DNA of 64,000 nucleotides. Origin: Candidatus Omnitrophota bacterium (GTDB lineage: Bacteria > Omnitrophota > Gorgyraeia > Gorgyraeales > Gorgyraeaceae). The stretch is from the NCBI GenBank assembly GCA_043821705.1, contig JBDRCN010000001.1, forward strand, positions 8,851 through 72,850, in the 5' to 3' direction. A program made the position numbers and the translations under genes. Shown piece after piece: positions 30,274 to 40,360 of the stretch; the first letter of the stretch is position 1, and each line of letters begins with the position of its first letter. Below the pieces are notes generated by a model. It worked only from the letters and a program-made list of their open reading frames with translations, ran no database searches and had not been told where the DNA came from.

Positions 30274-30458
30274 TGGATGAAGAAAAAACATCGTTTTTTT
30301 AGGCTGAACAGGGTAAGAGCCTATTTATTGGTAAAAAACATAAAAGAAAGACTAAGAAAACAGGAAGCAAAGCTTAGAAAAAACCATAAAGCCTAAGAGA
30401 TATATTCTCTAACTTTCCTCTTTACAAAGTCTTACCCGCCTTGTATAATAACTTCGCT

Positions 30459-30629
30459 ATGCGGAAAAAGGCTAAAAAGCCCAAAATACGTAAGTCTTGG
30501 TCTATAAACCCTAAGACTAAGGTAAAAAAGAGTAAAAAACTTTATAGTAGGCATGAAAAAAAGAAGGAATTAAAAGATGAAGTTAAAATTTGGTCTTCCA
30601 AAAGGCAGCCTCCAAGAAGCTACAACTAG
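30459..30629 (+). CDS. Small basic hypothetical protein
   Basis: [21 protein letters not shown]; TTTACA-17 nt-TATAAT at 30421-49 just upstream; overlaps hisG by 53 bp. Confidence 0.45.
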   Translation: MRKKAKKPKIRKSWSINPKTKVKKSKKLYSRHEKKKELKDEVKIWSSKRQPPRSYN

Positions 30630-31449
30630 GATGTTCAAAAAAGCAGGTTTTAATGTATCTATAAGCTCAAGAAGCTATTTCCCATCTATAGATGATAAAT
30701 ATATAGAGCCTTTTCTCCTAAGAGCTCAGGAGATGGCTAGGTATGTTGCTGATGGCGTGCTTGACTGCGGCATAACAGGAGATGATTGGTCAAATGAGAG
30801 CGGTAGAGAGGTCGTCAAGGTCTGTAAGCTTATATATAGCAAGCAAGGCCTAAGGCCAGTCCGGTGGGTATTAGCAGTACCTAATGACTCTAAGATAAAA
30901 AGTGTAAAAGACATGAAAGGAAAGAGAATAGCAACAGAGCTGGTTAATGTGACGAAAGAATATTTTAAGAAAAAAAAGATAGATATTGATATAGAATTCA
31001 GCTGGGGAGCAACTGAGGCAAAGGTCAGCGCAGGATTAGTGGACGCTATAGTAGAACTGACTGAGACAGGGGCAAGCCTTAGAGCAAATAATCTGAGGAT
31101 AGTTGATACTGTTTGTGAATCAACGACTCTTATAGTTGCAAATAAAAAAAGCTGGGAAAACAATTGGAAAAGACAGAAGATAGAACAGATAGCGCTTCTT
31201 CTCCAAGGCGCATTAGCTGCTGAAGAAAAAGTAGGACTTAAGATGAACATACAAGAAAAGGACCTAAAAAAGATCCTTGCTATCTTGCCAGCTATGAAGA
31301 AGCCGACCATCTCAAAGCTTACAGAAGCAAATTGGTGTGCTATTGAGACGATCGTTGATGAGGCTATAGTCAGAAAGATCATACCAGAACTAAAAAAAGA
31401 AGGGGCTCAAGGGATCATAGAGTACCCTCTTAATAAAGTAATAGATTAA
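30577..31449 (+). CDS. hisG: ATP phosphoribosyltransferase (long form)
   Basis: [36 protein letters not shown]-terminal ACT-like domain. Confidence 0.95.
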   Translation: MKLKFGLPKGSLQEATTRMFKKAGFNVSISSRSYFPSIDDKYIEPFLLRAQEMARYVADGVLDCGITGDDWSNESGREVVKVCKLIYSKQGLRPVRWVLAVPNDSKIKSVKDMKGKRIATELVNVTKEYFKKKKIDIDIEFSWGATEAKVSAGLVDAIVELTETGASLRANNLRIVDTVCESTTLIVANKKSWENNWKRQKIEQIALLLQGALAAEEKVGLKMNIQEKDLKKILAILPAMKKPTISKLTEANWCAIETIVDEAIVRKIIPELKKEGAQGIIEYPLNKVID

Positions 31450-31471
31450 AAAAATTTCAGGAGGTAGTAAA

Positions 31472-31567
31472 ATGCCTTGTGGGCGCAAAAGAAAACGACG
31501 TAAGATATCTACACATAAGAGAAAAAAGAGACGAAGAAGAGACAGACACAAGAAGAAGAATAGATAA
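31472..31567 (+). CDS. AURKAIP1/COX24-like small basic protein (31 aa)
   Basis: AGGAGGT RBS; MPCGRKRKRRKISTHKRKKRRRRDRHKKKNR. Confidence 0.8.
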   Translation: MPCGRKRKRRKISTHKRKKRRRRDRHKKKNR

Positions 31568-31607
31568 GATAGTTTAGTTTAATATTAGATTATCTTCATC
31601 AGTGATA

Positions 31608-33167
31608 ATGACTTCTAGAACGTTTTTTATATCAGCATTAATTGGAATCTTAGCTATAGAGCTATGCGGCTGTGCATCTAGCGGAAGGCTTAAAAAGACT
31701 GCAATAAAAAGCCCTACGAAAGAGATCAAAAGGATAGCAGAAGGGAAAAGAACATTCCCCCCGATATCCCCTAAGGCCTATGCCCATTATTCGATGGGCA
31801 TGATATATGACAATGAAGGCGCTACAGATAAGGCATTGACAGAATATCTAAAGGCTAGTGATCTTGATCCTGTCTCGAGTCAGATCTATTATCAATTAGG
31901 CGCTTCATATGTAAAGCTTGGCAAAATTAAAGAGGCCATGGCTTCTTTAAGCAAGGCAATTGAATATAATGAGTTTCATGCAAAGGCAAGGTTCTTGCTG
32001 GCACTTGTATACATGTCAGAGAAGCGTTTTGATGAAGCTAGCAAGCAGTATGAAGAGATCTTAAAGCATGACCCAGGGGATCTAGCTGTCTTGACATCTC
32101 TTGCTGATCTGTATATTTTAGGGGATGATCTAGAAAAGGCCATAGGGTTATATGAAAACCTGGTCAAAGAAAAAGAGGATTCTTCAATAATCCATTTTAA
32201 TCTGGCAATACTTTACACCAGGGCATCTAGGATAGAAGATGGCATAAAAGAACTTAAAAAAGCAATAGAATTAAAACCAGATTACCTTGAAGCTCATCTA
32301 GCGCTTGCTGTACTTTATGAGCTGGATAAGAACCTGGGGGATGCTACAAAATATTATAAAGAGGCCTTGAAATTAGACCCTACTAATACTAGGCTTCGTC
32401 GTCAGCTGGGGCAACTTTATTTTAGAATGGACGAGCCTGAAGAAGCAATAGTAGAATACAGGTCTTTGTTAAAATATTATCCAGAAGACGTGGTGCCTTA
32501 TATAGAGCTTAGTTATATGTATGTCTCGATCTCCAGGATAGAGGATGCGATAAAAGTCCTGGAAGAGGCATTTATATTGGACCAGAGAAGAGAAGATGTG
32601 CATATTGCGCTGGGTTTTTGTTACAATGAAAAAGGGGATAAGGCAAGGGCAATAGAAGAATACGAAAAGAGCATAGAGATAGATTCTTTTAATCCAAAAG
32701 CCTACTTTTATCTGGGGGCCATGCTTGAAGAGTCTGGGAAAACAAAAGAAGCAATAGAGAGATTAAAGAAGGCAGTAGAACTTGACCCATATGATGCAGA
32801 GTCGCTTAATTATCTTGGTTATATTTATGCTGAAGAGAACATGGCGCTTGATGAAGCAGGCAGTTTAATAAAAAGGGCTTTGGAATTAGACCCTGACAAT
32901 GGGGCTTATATAGATAGTTTAGGATGGGTCTATTTTAAACAAGGCCTGTTCGAGGAAGCTAAAGAAAATCTTGAAAAAGCGAGCGGGATCATTGGAGAAG
33001 ATCCTGTGATCTATGATCATCTTGGGGAGGTATATTTTACGATCGGTAGCTACGATAAAGCAAAAGAGGCTTGGGAAAGATCCCTAAACTTAAAACACAG
33101 TGAGGATGTTAAGAAAAAGATAGATAAACTAGAAGAGAACCACAACGTGAGGATAGATAAAAAATGA
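31608..33167 (+). CDS. Tetratricopeptide-repeat lipoprotein
   Basis: Lipobox-like LCGC, many TPRs, LNYLGY...YIDSLGWVYF...DHLGEVY. Confidence 0.88.
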   Translation: MTSRTFFISALIGILAIELCGCASSGRLKKTAIKSPTKEIKRIAEGKRTFPPISPKAYAHYSMGMIYDNEGATDKALTEYLKASDLDPVSSQIYYQLGASYVKLGKIKEAMASLSKAIEYNEFHAKARFLLALVYMSEKRFDEASKQYEEILKHDPGDLAVLTSLADLYILGDDLEKAIGLYENLVKEKEDSSIIHFNLAILYTRASRIEDGIKELKKAIELKPDYLEAHLALAVLYELDKNLGDATKYYKEALKLDPTNTRLRRQLGQLYFRMDEPEEAIVEYRSLLKYYPEDVVPYIELSYMYVSISRIEDAIKVLEEAFILDQRREDVHIALGFCYNEKGDKARAIEEYEKSIEIDSFNPKAYFYLGAMLEESGKTKEAIERLKKAVELDPYDAESLNYLGYIYAEENMALDEAGSLIKRALELDPDNGAYIDSLGWVYFKQGLFEEAKENLEKASGIIGEDPVIYDHLGEVYFTIGSYDKAKEAWERSLNLKHSEDVKKKIDKLEENHNVRIDKK

Positions 33168-33994
33168 AAAAAAGACCTCAGCTAAAAACATTGGAAAAAA
33201 TAGCCAGAGACATCCGTATTGAGATCGTGACTATGTTGCATTGTGCTGGTTCAGGCCATACAGGAGGGTCGCTTTCTTTGGTAGAGATATTGGTCAGTCT
33301 GTATTTTTATAAATTTAAATGTGAACCAGATAAACCGCTTTGCGACACTAGAGACATATTTATTTTATCAAAGGGCCATGGCTGTCCAGCGCTTTATTCA
33401 GTCCTAGCTCACATGAATTTTTTTGATAAAAAAGAATTATGCACTCTTAGACAGACAGGTACCCGTCTTCAGGGCCATCCTCAAAGAGGATTGCCTGGGA
33501 TAGAGGTTTCCAGTGGTTCTTTAGGCCAAGGCCTTTCCATAGCTAATGGTTTTGCACTAGGTTCCAGACTAAACAAAGATAGTAGAAATATCTATTGCGT
33601 AATGGGCGATGGAGAGCTTGATGAAGGCCAAGTCTGGGAAGCTGCTTTAACAAGTGCTCATCATAAACTAGACAAAGTGTGCGCTATAGTGGATTTTAAT
33701 AAGTTTCAAATAGACGGCCCAATAAAAGAAGTTAAAAATTTAGAACCCCTAGGTAAAAAGTGGCTTGCTTTTGGTTGGAATGTGATCGAAGTAAATGGGC
33801 ATAAGATAACTGAACTTATGGATGCATATGATAAAGCAGAAAAAGTAAAAGGTAGACCTACGATCATCCTAGCGCACACAGTCAAAGGAAAAGGTGTTTC
33901 TTTTTTTGAAAATCAGAACAAATATCATGGGGTTGCTCCTACAAAAGAAGAGCTGGAGAAAGCGATAAAAGAACTAACAAAAGAAGGTAATTAA
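33164..33994 (+). CDS. Transketolase N-terminal subunit
   Basis: SGHTGGSLS, LSKGH, GSLGQG, GDGELDEG, TVKGKG. Confidence 0.93.
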   Translation: MKKRPQLKTLEKIARDIRIEIVTMLHCAGSGHTGGSLSLVEILVSLYFYKFKCEPDKPLCDTRDIFILSKGHGCPALYSVLAHMNFFDKKELCTLRQTGTRLQGHPQRGLPGIEVSSGSLGQGLSIANGFALGSRLNKDSRNIYCVMGDGELDEGQVWEAALTSAHHKLDKVCAIVDFNKFQIDGPIKEVKNLEPLGKKWLAFGWNVIEVNGHKITELMDAYDKAEKVKGRPTIILAHTVKGKGVSFFENQNKYHGVAPTKEELEKAIKELTKEGN

Positions 33995-33998
33995 TCTT

Positions 33999-34937
33999 AT
34001 GGATAAAAAACCAACAAGAGATGGGTTTGGCGAGGGAGTAGTAGAGCTAGGAGAACAGAGAGAGGACATCGTAGTTCTTTCAGCAGACCTAACAGAGTCT
34101 ACGAGAGCAGGATGGTTTAAGAAGAGATTTCCTGATAGATTTTTTTCTATGGGAGTGAGCGAACAGGACATGATCTCTACTGCAGCAGGGCTTGCTCTTT
34201 CAGGTAAGGTGCCTTTTGCGTGTACGTTTGGCGTATTTGCTGCTGGCAGGGCTTGGGACCAGATAAGAGTGTCAGTAGCGTATATGAATTTAAATGTAAA
34301 TATAATTGGTACCCATGGGGGTATTTCTGTAGGCCCAGATGGCCCAACTCATCAGGCAATAGAAGAGATAACGCTTATGAGAGTTTTACCCAATATGACA
34401 GTGATAGTCCCTTGCGATGCTGTAGAAGCAAAGAAAGCGACTATTGAAAGCGCTTCACTCGAAGGGCCGTGTTATCATAGATTAGGCAGAAGCGGGGTCC
34501 CTATCATCACAAAACCCGAAGATGATTTTAAGATAGGTAAGGCCTCGATCCTGAAAGAAGGAAGTGATGTTTCGATCTTTGCTTGCGGGCAGGAAGTATA
34601 CGAAGCATTGTTAGCGCACGATATCCTAAAAAAAGATGGGATATCGTCAAGTGTTATCAATCTACATACATTAAAACCAATTGACCGAGACGCGATCATA
34701 AAAGAAGCTAAAAAGACAGGAGCGATAGTTACTGCAGAGGAGCATTCAATATTAGGCGGACTTGGAGGCGCTGTCAGTGAAGTGATAGTCCAAGAGTTCC
34801 CTGTGCCTATGGAATTTATAGGAGTCAATGATAGGTTTGGTGAATCAGGTTCTGCAGAAGAACTCTTCAAGATATTTGGCCTTACTGCAGAGGATATTGC
34901 TAAAAAAGCAAAAAAGGCCATCAGTAGAAAGAAGTAA
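33999..34937 (+). CDS. Transketolase C-terminal subunit
   Basis: ADL-EST, GVSEQ, DGPTHQ, TAEEHS-GGLG. Confidence 0.93.
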   Translation: MDKKPTRDGFGEGVVELGEQREDIVVLSADLTESTRAGWFKKRFPDRFFSMGVSEQDMISTAAGLALSGKVPFACTFGVFAAGRAWDQIRVSVAYMNLNVNIIGTHGGISVGPDGPTHQAIEEITLMRVLPNMTVIVPCDAVEAKKATIESASLEGPCYHRLGRSGVPIITKPEDDFKIGKASILKEGSDVSIFACGQEVYEALLAHDILKKDGISSSVINLHTLKPIDRDAIIKEAKKTGAIVTAEEHSILGGLGGAVSEVIVQEFPVPMEFIGVNDRFGESGSAEELFKIFGLTAEDIAKKAKKAISRKK

Positions 34938-34952
34938 TACAAATAGTTCTTT

Positions 34953-35837
34953 ATGCAAGAATTTAAAGTTTATGCACCAGCAAAATTAAATCTATATCTG
35001 GATGTAGTAGGGAAAAGGCCAGATGGAAATCATAATATAGAAACGCTCTTTGAAAAAATAGATCTAAAGGATGAGATAGTTATAAAAGAATCCAAGGAAG
35101 GTATAAAAGTAGATGTCTTTAATTCATCTTGTCCTTCTGGAGAAAAGAATATTGTTTACAAAGCCCTTGTCGCGCTTTTAAATGAGGCAGACATTAAACT
35201 TGGCTTGGAAGTGTCAATAAATAAGAAAATCCCAGTTTCAGCTGGGCTTGGAGGCGGTTCTAGTGATGCTGCGTCAGCATTACGTTCAGTTAATGATAAG
35301 TTTAAACTGGGGGTTCCAAAAGCAAGACTCTTAGATATAGCGAAAGGACTAGGAAAAGATGTGCCTTTTTTTATGATCGATGAGCCTTTTGCTATAGGGA
35401 CAGAGTGTGGGGACGAGTTGAAAATAATTGATAGTGATATCTCCCTCGCGCATGTAGTGATAAAACCAGATACCTCTATATCAACAGCTTTAGCATATAG
35501 CAGAGTTGACCTAGGAAAAAGACAGAAAATAGACAAAGGTATCAATAAACTGATCACTGCTCTTAAAAGCAAAGACATATCTTCCATAGAAAAGAATTGT
35601 TATAATATCTTTGAAGAAGCATTGGGCGAGGACAAAGATAACATAGAAAGTATTAAAGGCCAGGCCTCTAGAGATACTAAAAAAGAATTTTTCTTATCCG
35701 GAAGCGGGCCGGCTATATTTTGTATCATAGAAGGAAGAGATATGGCAAAAGCTATTTTGGGGAATGTGCAAAAAATAAACAACATGGAATATTTTTTAGC
35801 AACAACTTACAAAGGAGGCATCTATGGAGATAACTGA
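34953..35837 (+). CDS. ispE: 4-diphosphocytidyl-2-C-methyl-D-erythritol kinase
   Basis: PAKLNLYL, KKIPVSAGLGGGSSDAA, LSGSG. Confidence 0.93.
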   Translation: MQEFKVYAPAKLNLYLDVVGKRPDGNHNIETLFEKIDLKDEIVIKESKEGIKVDVFNSSCPSGEKNIVYKALVALLNEADIKLGLEVSINKKIPVSAGLGGGSSDAASALRSVNDKFKLGVPKARLLDIAKGLGKDVPFFMIDEPFAIGTECGDELKIIDSDISLAHVVIKPDTSISTALAYSRVDLGKRQKIDKGINKLITALKSKDISSIEKNCYNIFEEALGEDKDNIESIKGQASRDTKKEFFLSGSGPAIFCIIEGRDMAKAILGNVQKINNMEYFLATTYKGGIYGDN

Positions 35838-36249
35838 AGTCAGGATATTTCCTAAGGAGGGGCTTAACAACAAGCTGCGCGCGTATGCTACTATAACTAT
35901 AGAAAACGCATTTGTTGTAAGAAACATCAAGGTTATAGAAGGCAAGAGCGGACTTTTTGTTGCAATGCCATCGCGCAAGATGAAATACTCTTGCCCAAAA
36001 TGCAACCATAAGAACGAGGTAAGGAGTAAATTTTGCAATTCATGCGGAGGCAGCCTTCCTCAAGCGCATCATGAGCCCAAGACGCCAGAAGAACAACAAG
36101 ACGCAAGGCAGTCAGAACATAAGGATATTGCGCATCCCATAAGTGTCCAGTGCAGGGAATACATACAGAAAAAAGTACTGGATGCCTATGAAGCTGAAAA
36201 GAAAAAAGGCCCTGGCGTACCTAGAATGAGCGAAGAGTACCACGAATAA
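35824..36249 (+). CDS. spoVG: SpoVG family protein with zinc-ribbon insertion
   Basis: MEITEVRI, GLFVAMPSRK, CPKC...CNSC insert, KDIAHPI. Confidence 0.9.
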   Translation: MEITEVRIFPKEGLNNKLRAYATITIENAFVVRNIKVIEGKSGLFVAMPSRKMKYSCPKCNHKNEVRSKFCNSCGGSLPQAHHEPKTPEEQQDARQSEHKDIAHPISVQCREYIQKKVLDAYEAEKKKGPGVPRMSEEYHE

Positions 36250-36273
36250 TCGCACGACGCAATACGGATACAT

Positions 36274-36347
36274 TGCCTGGTAGTGTAATGGTAACACATC
36301 AGCTTTTGGAGCTGAGTTTCTAGGTTCGAATCCTAGCCGGGCAGCCA
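36274..36347 (+). tRNA. tRNA-Gln(TTG)
   Basis: tcagc-tt TTG ga-gctga; T1-A72; GCCA. Confidence 0.95.
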
Positions 36348-36395
36348 TCCTACGCCTTTCACGAATAGCGAATAGAACGTCTGGCTTCGGATGGC
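36345..36395 (+). repeat. Family E hairpin on the tRNA-Gln CCA
   Basis: ccatcctacgcc...ctggcttcggatgg. Confidence 0.8.
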
Positions 36396-36512
36396 GAGGT
36401 AGTATTAGGATTCGAATGGAGTCCCGCGCTGACGAATAGGAAGAAAAGCTACGACGAAAAGGAGTAGCACCAGCGGGACGGATGGCCGACCCTGAGCGGA
36501 TGCGAAGGGCGC

Positions 36513-36533
36513 CGAATCCTAGCCGGGCAGCCA
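36513..36533 (+). repeat. 21-bp direct repeat of the tRNA-Gln 3' end
   Basis: cgaatcctagccgggcagcca = 36327-36347. Confidence 0.92.
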
Positions 36534-36636
36534 TTCTTCTTCGCCCTTTGAGTATAAAATACTCCGGTGGGGCTTCGAAGAATGATTCCTACGAAGCCAT
36601 ACCGTCGATTAATAAGTTGAATGGCGTAGTAGAACA
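36534..36636 (+). repeat. Family D, copy 2
   Basis: Homologous to 11207-11309(-); starts right after the duplicated CCA. Confidence 0.88.
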
Positions 36637-36653
36637 TATTAAAAAGGTGAATT

Positions 36654-37916
36654 ATGCAAAAGATTGCGTCAATTATACTTGCTGCGGGTGAAGGGACAAG
36701 GATGAAATCATCCATGTCTAAGGTCTTACATCCAGTATGCAATAGGCCAATGATAAATCATTCTATAGATGCTATAAATTCTATAGGAATAAAAAATATT
36801 ATCTTGGTAGTGGGGCACAAGGCAGATCAGGTAAAGAAGGCTTTGCCAGGTTTTAGCTTTGTAATGCAAAAAGAGATGCTCGGTACAGGAGATGCAGTCT
36901 TGCGTACTAAAAATATTGTTTTAAAGGATAGATCAATAGATTCTGTTCTTGTATCATGCGGGGATTCTCCTCTTTTAACAGGGGCTACCTTGAAAAAGGT
37001 CGTTGATAAACATATTGCTACTAGATCCGGGTGCACGCTTCTTACAGCAAAATTGAAAAATCCCACTGGGTACGGGAGGATCTTGCGCAGAGAAGATGAT
37101 AAAGTTGTTGGGATAGTAGAGGAACTAGATGCGGATATTTACAGTAAAGTAAATGAAGAGATAAACGTAGGGGTGTATTGCTTTAAAAAAGACATGCTTT
37201 TTGATGCCTTAAGTAAGCTCAAGCCTAACAATAAAAAGAACGAATATTATTTAACAGATGTCATAGAAATACTAGCAAAAACAGACATCTTAGTTAATTC
37301 AGTCTCAACAGATGATATAGATGAGTTTTTAGGAGTAAATACAAGGAAAGATCTAGCTAAAGCAAATCATGTAGCCAATATCAGGATAATGAACCGTCTT
37401 ATGGAAGAAGGCGTGACCATAGTGGACCCATTGAATACCTACATAGAAGAGGGGGTAGAAGTTGGCAAAGATACCATAATATATCCCTATACTTTTATAG
37501 AGAAAAATGTTAAAATAGGTTCGCGCTGTAAAATAGGCCCATCTGCAAGGCTGCGCCCTGGAACAGTTATCGATGATGAGGTTAAAATAGGAAATTTCGC
37601 AGAGCTTGTTCGTTCTCATGTAGGCAAGCATTCAAGGGTCAATCATCAGTGCTATATCGGGGACACTACTATAGGAAAACATGTGAATATAGGCGCTGGA
37701 ACCATAATAGCTAATTATGACGGGAAACATAAGTACAAGACTATTATAGAAGACAAGGCATTTATAGGTTCAGGGAGTATCTTAGTAGCACCTGTTAAAG
37801 TAGGCAAAGGCGCTGTGACTGGCGCGGGAAGCGTGCTTACAAAGAATAAGAATGTTCCTCCAGGAAAGATAGTAGTGGGGGTCCCTGCAAGAATTTTAAA
37901 GAAACATAACGTATAG
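36654..37916 (+). CDS. glmU: Bifunctional GlcNAc-1-P uridyltransferase/acetyltransferase
   Basis: LAAGEGTRMKS, LGTGDA, GYGRI, EYYLTD, hexapeptide repeats, NYDG. Confidence 0.94.
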   Translation: MQKIASIILAAGEGTRMKSSMSKVLHPVCNRPMINHSIDAINSIGIKNIILVVGHKADQVKKALPGFSFVMQKEMLGTGDAVLRTKNIVLKDRSIDSVLVSCGDSPLLTGATLKKVVDKHIATRSGCTLLTAKLKNPTGYGRILRREDDKVVGIVEELDADIYSKVNEEINVGVYCFKKDMLFDALSKLKPNNKKNEYYLTDVIEILAKTDILVNSVSTDDIDEFLGVNTRKDLAKANHVANIRIMNRLMEEGVTIVDPLNTYIEEGVEVGKDTIIYPYTFIEKNVKIGSRCKIGPSARLRPGTVIDDEVKIGNFAELVRSHVGKHSRVNHQCYIGDTTIGKHVNIGAGTIIANYDGKHKYKTIIEDKAFIGSGSILVAPVKVGKGAVTGAGSVLTKNKNVPPGKIVVGVPARILKKHNV

Positions 37917-37970
37917 CTCTATTACTGATTACGGTTCACGAATTACGAATCACGATAAAAGGAGAGACGT

Positions 37971-38915
37971 ATGAATAGAACTGCTGCTATATTTACTGGT
38001 AATTCAAATCCGGAATTAGCAAAAGAGATAGTACGTTATTTAAGTATGAGTCTCGGCAAGGCATATGTCGGTGCTTTTAGCGAAGGGGAGCTAAAGGTCA
38101 TGATAGATGAGAATGTAAGAGGCAAGGATGTATTCATCGTTCAATCCACATGCACCCCTCCAAACAGAAATCTTATGGAGCTTCTTATCCTGATAGATGC
38201 CTTAAGAAGGGCTTCTGCAAAAAGGATCACAGCAGTCCTCCCGTATTTTGGATATGCAAGGCAGGACAGAAAAGATCAGCCGAGAGTTCCGATCACTGCT
38301 AAGTTAGTAGCAAACCTTTTGACAACCGCAGGCGCTGACAGGGTGTTGACAGTGGACTTACACGCAGGACAGATCCAAGGGTTTTTTGATATACCATTAG
38401 ACCATCTATACGCTGTGACTACATTTGTCAATTATCTGACCAAGTTGAAATTAAAGGACCTTGTAGTAGTATCCCCTGATGTGGGCGGCATAAAAACAGC
38501 AAGGTCTTATGCTAAGAGACTAGGAGTACCTTTAGCTATCGTTGATAAACGGAGAGTTAATGGAGAGGATACTGCTGTTATGAATATATTAGGAGAAGAA
38601 GAGATAAAAAAGAAGAATGTTCTTTTAATAGACGACATCGTAGCAACAGCAGGTTCTCTGGTAGAAGCTGCAACTGCGCTGAAGAAAAAAGGCGCTAAAG
38701 ACGTGTACGCTGCTATAACCCATGCTGTGCTTTCAGGCCCAGCAATACAACGTATCAACAGTTCTCCTATAAAAAAGATCTTTGTTACAAATAGTATACC
38801 GCTAGGTAGAAAAGAAAAGAATAAAAAGATAAAAGTATTGACTATCGCACCTCTTTTAGCAGAGGCTATAAGAAGGATACACAATGAAGAATCAGTAAGT
38901 TGTTTATTTGATTAA
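37971..38915 (+). CDS. prs: Ribose-phosphate pyrophosphokinase
   Basis: PYFGYARQDRK, DLHAGQIQGFF, VSPDVGG, IDDIVATAG. Confidence 0.97.
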   Translation: MNRTAAIFTGNSNPELAKEIVRYLSMSLGKAYVGAFSEGELKVMIDENVRGKDVFIVQSTCTPPNRNLMELLILIDALRRASAKRITAVLPYFGYARQDRKDQPRVPITAKLVANLLTTAGADRVLTVDLHAGQIQGFFDIPLDHLYAVTTFVNYLTKLKLKDLVVVSPDVGGIKTARSYAKRLGVPLAIVDKRRVNGEDTAVMNILGEEEIKKKNVLLIDDIVATAGSLVEAATALKKKGAKDVYAAITHAVLSGPAIQRINSSPIKKIFVTNSIPLGRKEKNKKIKVLTIAPLLAEAIRRIHNEESVSCLFD

Positions 38916-38935
38916 TAGAAAGGAAGTGTTTAGTT

Positions 38936-39652
38936 ATGGAGTTTGTAGATCTAAATGTTAGCTTGAGAGAAGGAACAGGTAAAGAGAAAAATAAAAAATT
39001 GCGTCAATCCGGGCTTGTCCCAGCTGTTGTGTACAGAAAAGGCGAGGAGACTGTAATCCTTAAGATAGACAAAAAGATACTTGGCAAAGCCCTTCACACA
39101 GAAGCAGGAGAGAACGTAATATTAAAGCTTCACATAGAAGGAGCAAAGAAGAAAAAAGAGAGGACAGTTGTCATAAAAGAGATACAGAGAGATCCAGTAA
39201 AAGATATAGTCCTTCATGCAGATTTTCAGGAAATATCTCTGACTGAAAAACTTAAGGTAAAGGTCCAGATCTTGTCAAAAGGCGAAGCTAAAGGCGTAAA
39301 ACAAGACGGAGGAGTGCTACAGCATGTATTGTGGGAGGCAGAGGTAGAGTGCCTACCTACTAACATACCTGAAAAGATAGAAGTCGATATAAAAGACCTT
39401 AAAATTGGGGACTCTATACACGTAAAAGATGTTATAGCCCCAGAAGGTGTCGCGATCTTGAATGACCCAGAAGAAGTAGTCTTTAGCGTAGAACATCCTA
39501 AGAGTGTAGAAGATCTTGTAGCTGCTGAGCCAGTTGAAGGCGAAGCGCAGGAACCTGAGCTTATAAGAGAAAAGAAAGAAAAGGAGCTTGAGGCAGAAGA
39601 AGAAGCACAAGAACCTGAAACGAAGAAAGAAAAAGAAGAGGGTTCTAAATAA
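38936..39652 (+). CDS. rplY: 50S ribosomal protein L25/Ctc
   Basis: LR-G-VPAVVY, HADF, GVKQDGG, acidic tail; prs-ctc-pth order. Confidence 0.94.
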   Translation: MEFVDLNVSLREGTGKEKNKKLRQSGLVPAVVYRKGEETVILKIDKKILGKALHTEAGENVILKLHIEGAKKKKERTVVIKEIQRDPVKDIVLHADFQEISLTEKLKVKVQILSKGEAKGVKQDGGVLQHVLWEAEVECLPTNIPEKIEVDIKDLKIGDSIHVKDVIAPEGVAILNDPEEVVFSVEHPKSVEDLVAAEPVEGEAQEPELIREKKEKELEAEEEAQEPETKKEKEEGSK

Positions 39653-39757
39653 CAAATGTCAAATTTCAAATGTCAAATCAATTACTAAATTCCAATGCCA
39701 AATTGGAAATTAAGAAATTTGGATTTTATTTGGTTTTTGTCATTAGACATTTAGAAT
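39653..39757. repeat. Degenerate inverted heptamer array (caaatgt/atttgga type)
   Basis: aaatgtc-aaatttc-aaatgtc-aaatc..., then a roughly complementary run. Confidence 0.65.
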
Positions 39758-39775
39758 TAACAGGAATTTATAATA

Positions 39776-40360
39776 ATGAAGCTTATCGTTGGCCTGGGAA
39801 ACCCTGGGGAAGAATACACTCTTACTCGTCATAATATAGGGTTTTTAGTAGTCGAAGATATAGCCAGATCCAATAATCTAGATTTAAAAAAAAAGAAGAA
39901 ATTTGAAGGGGAGACAGGCGAAGGTGTAATAAAAGGTGAGATGTCCATTATATTCAAGCCTCACACTTACATGAATCTTTCAGGAAACAGCGTGCATAAG
40001 CTCATAAATTGGCTCTCGCTGGACCTAAATGATCTTTTGGTTATTTTTGACGACATATCTCTTTTTTTCGAAGATATAAGGATAAGGCCAAAAGGCAGTG
40101 ACGGAGGCCATAAAGGGCTGAGGTCGATAATAGATTGTCTTGGCACAGATGAATTTTCCAGGATCAGGGTAGGGATAAAAGGCAACAAAGAGATCAGTAA
40201 CTACCCGAGATATGTTTTGAACAGGTTCACTAAAAAGGAACAGATAATTTTACCTGATATTATCAAAAGGACTGCTTCAGCATGCGAATGTTGGGTTAAA
40301 GAAGGAGTTGAAGAGACAATGAATACATTTAATATGAAAAAATTAAAGGGGAGGAACTAG
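39776..40360 (+). CDS. pth: Peptidyl-tRNA hydrolase
   Basis: VGLGNPG-Y-TRHNIGF, KP-TYMNLSG, GGHKGL-SI. Confidence 0.96.
   Translation: MKLIVGLGNPGEEYTLTRHNIGFLVVEDIARSNNLDLKKKKKFEGETGEGVIKGEMSIIFKPHTYMNLSGNSVHKLINWLSLDLNDLLVIFDDISLFFEDIRIRPKGSDGGHKGLRSIIDCLGTDEFSRIRVGIKGNKEISNYPRYVLNRFTKKEQIILPDIIKRTASACECWVKEGVEETMNTFNMKKLKGRN

Noticed and set aside
30277-30396. 39-aa basic ORF after the porin
   Set aside because: No RBS or recognisable motif; AT-rich chance ORF cannot be excluded.
36348-36512. Prophage or genomic island at tRNA-Gln
   Set aside because: Only 165 bp between the direct repeats and no integrase; reported as a mini-element instead.
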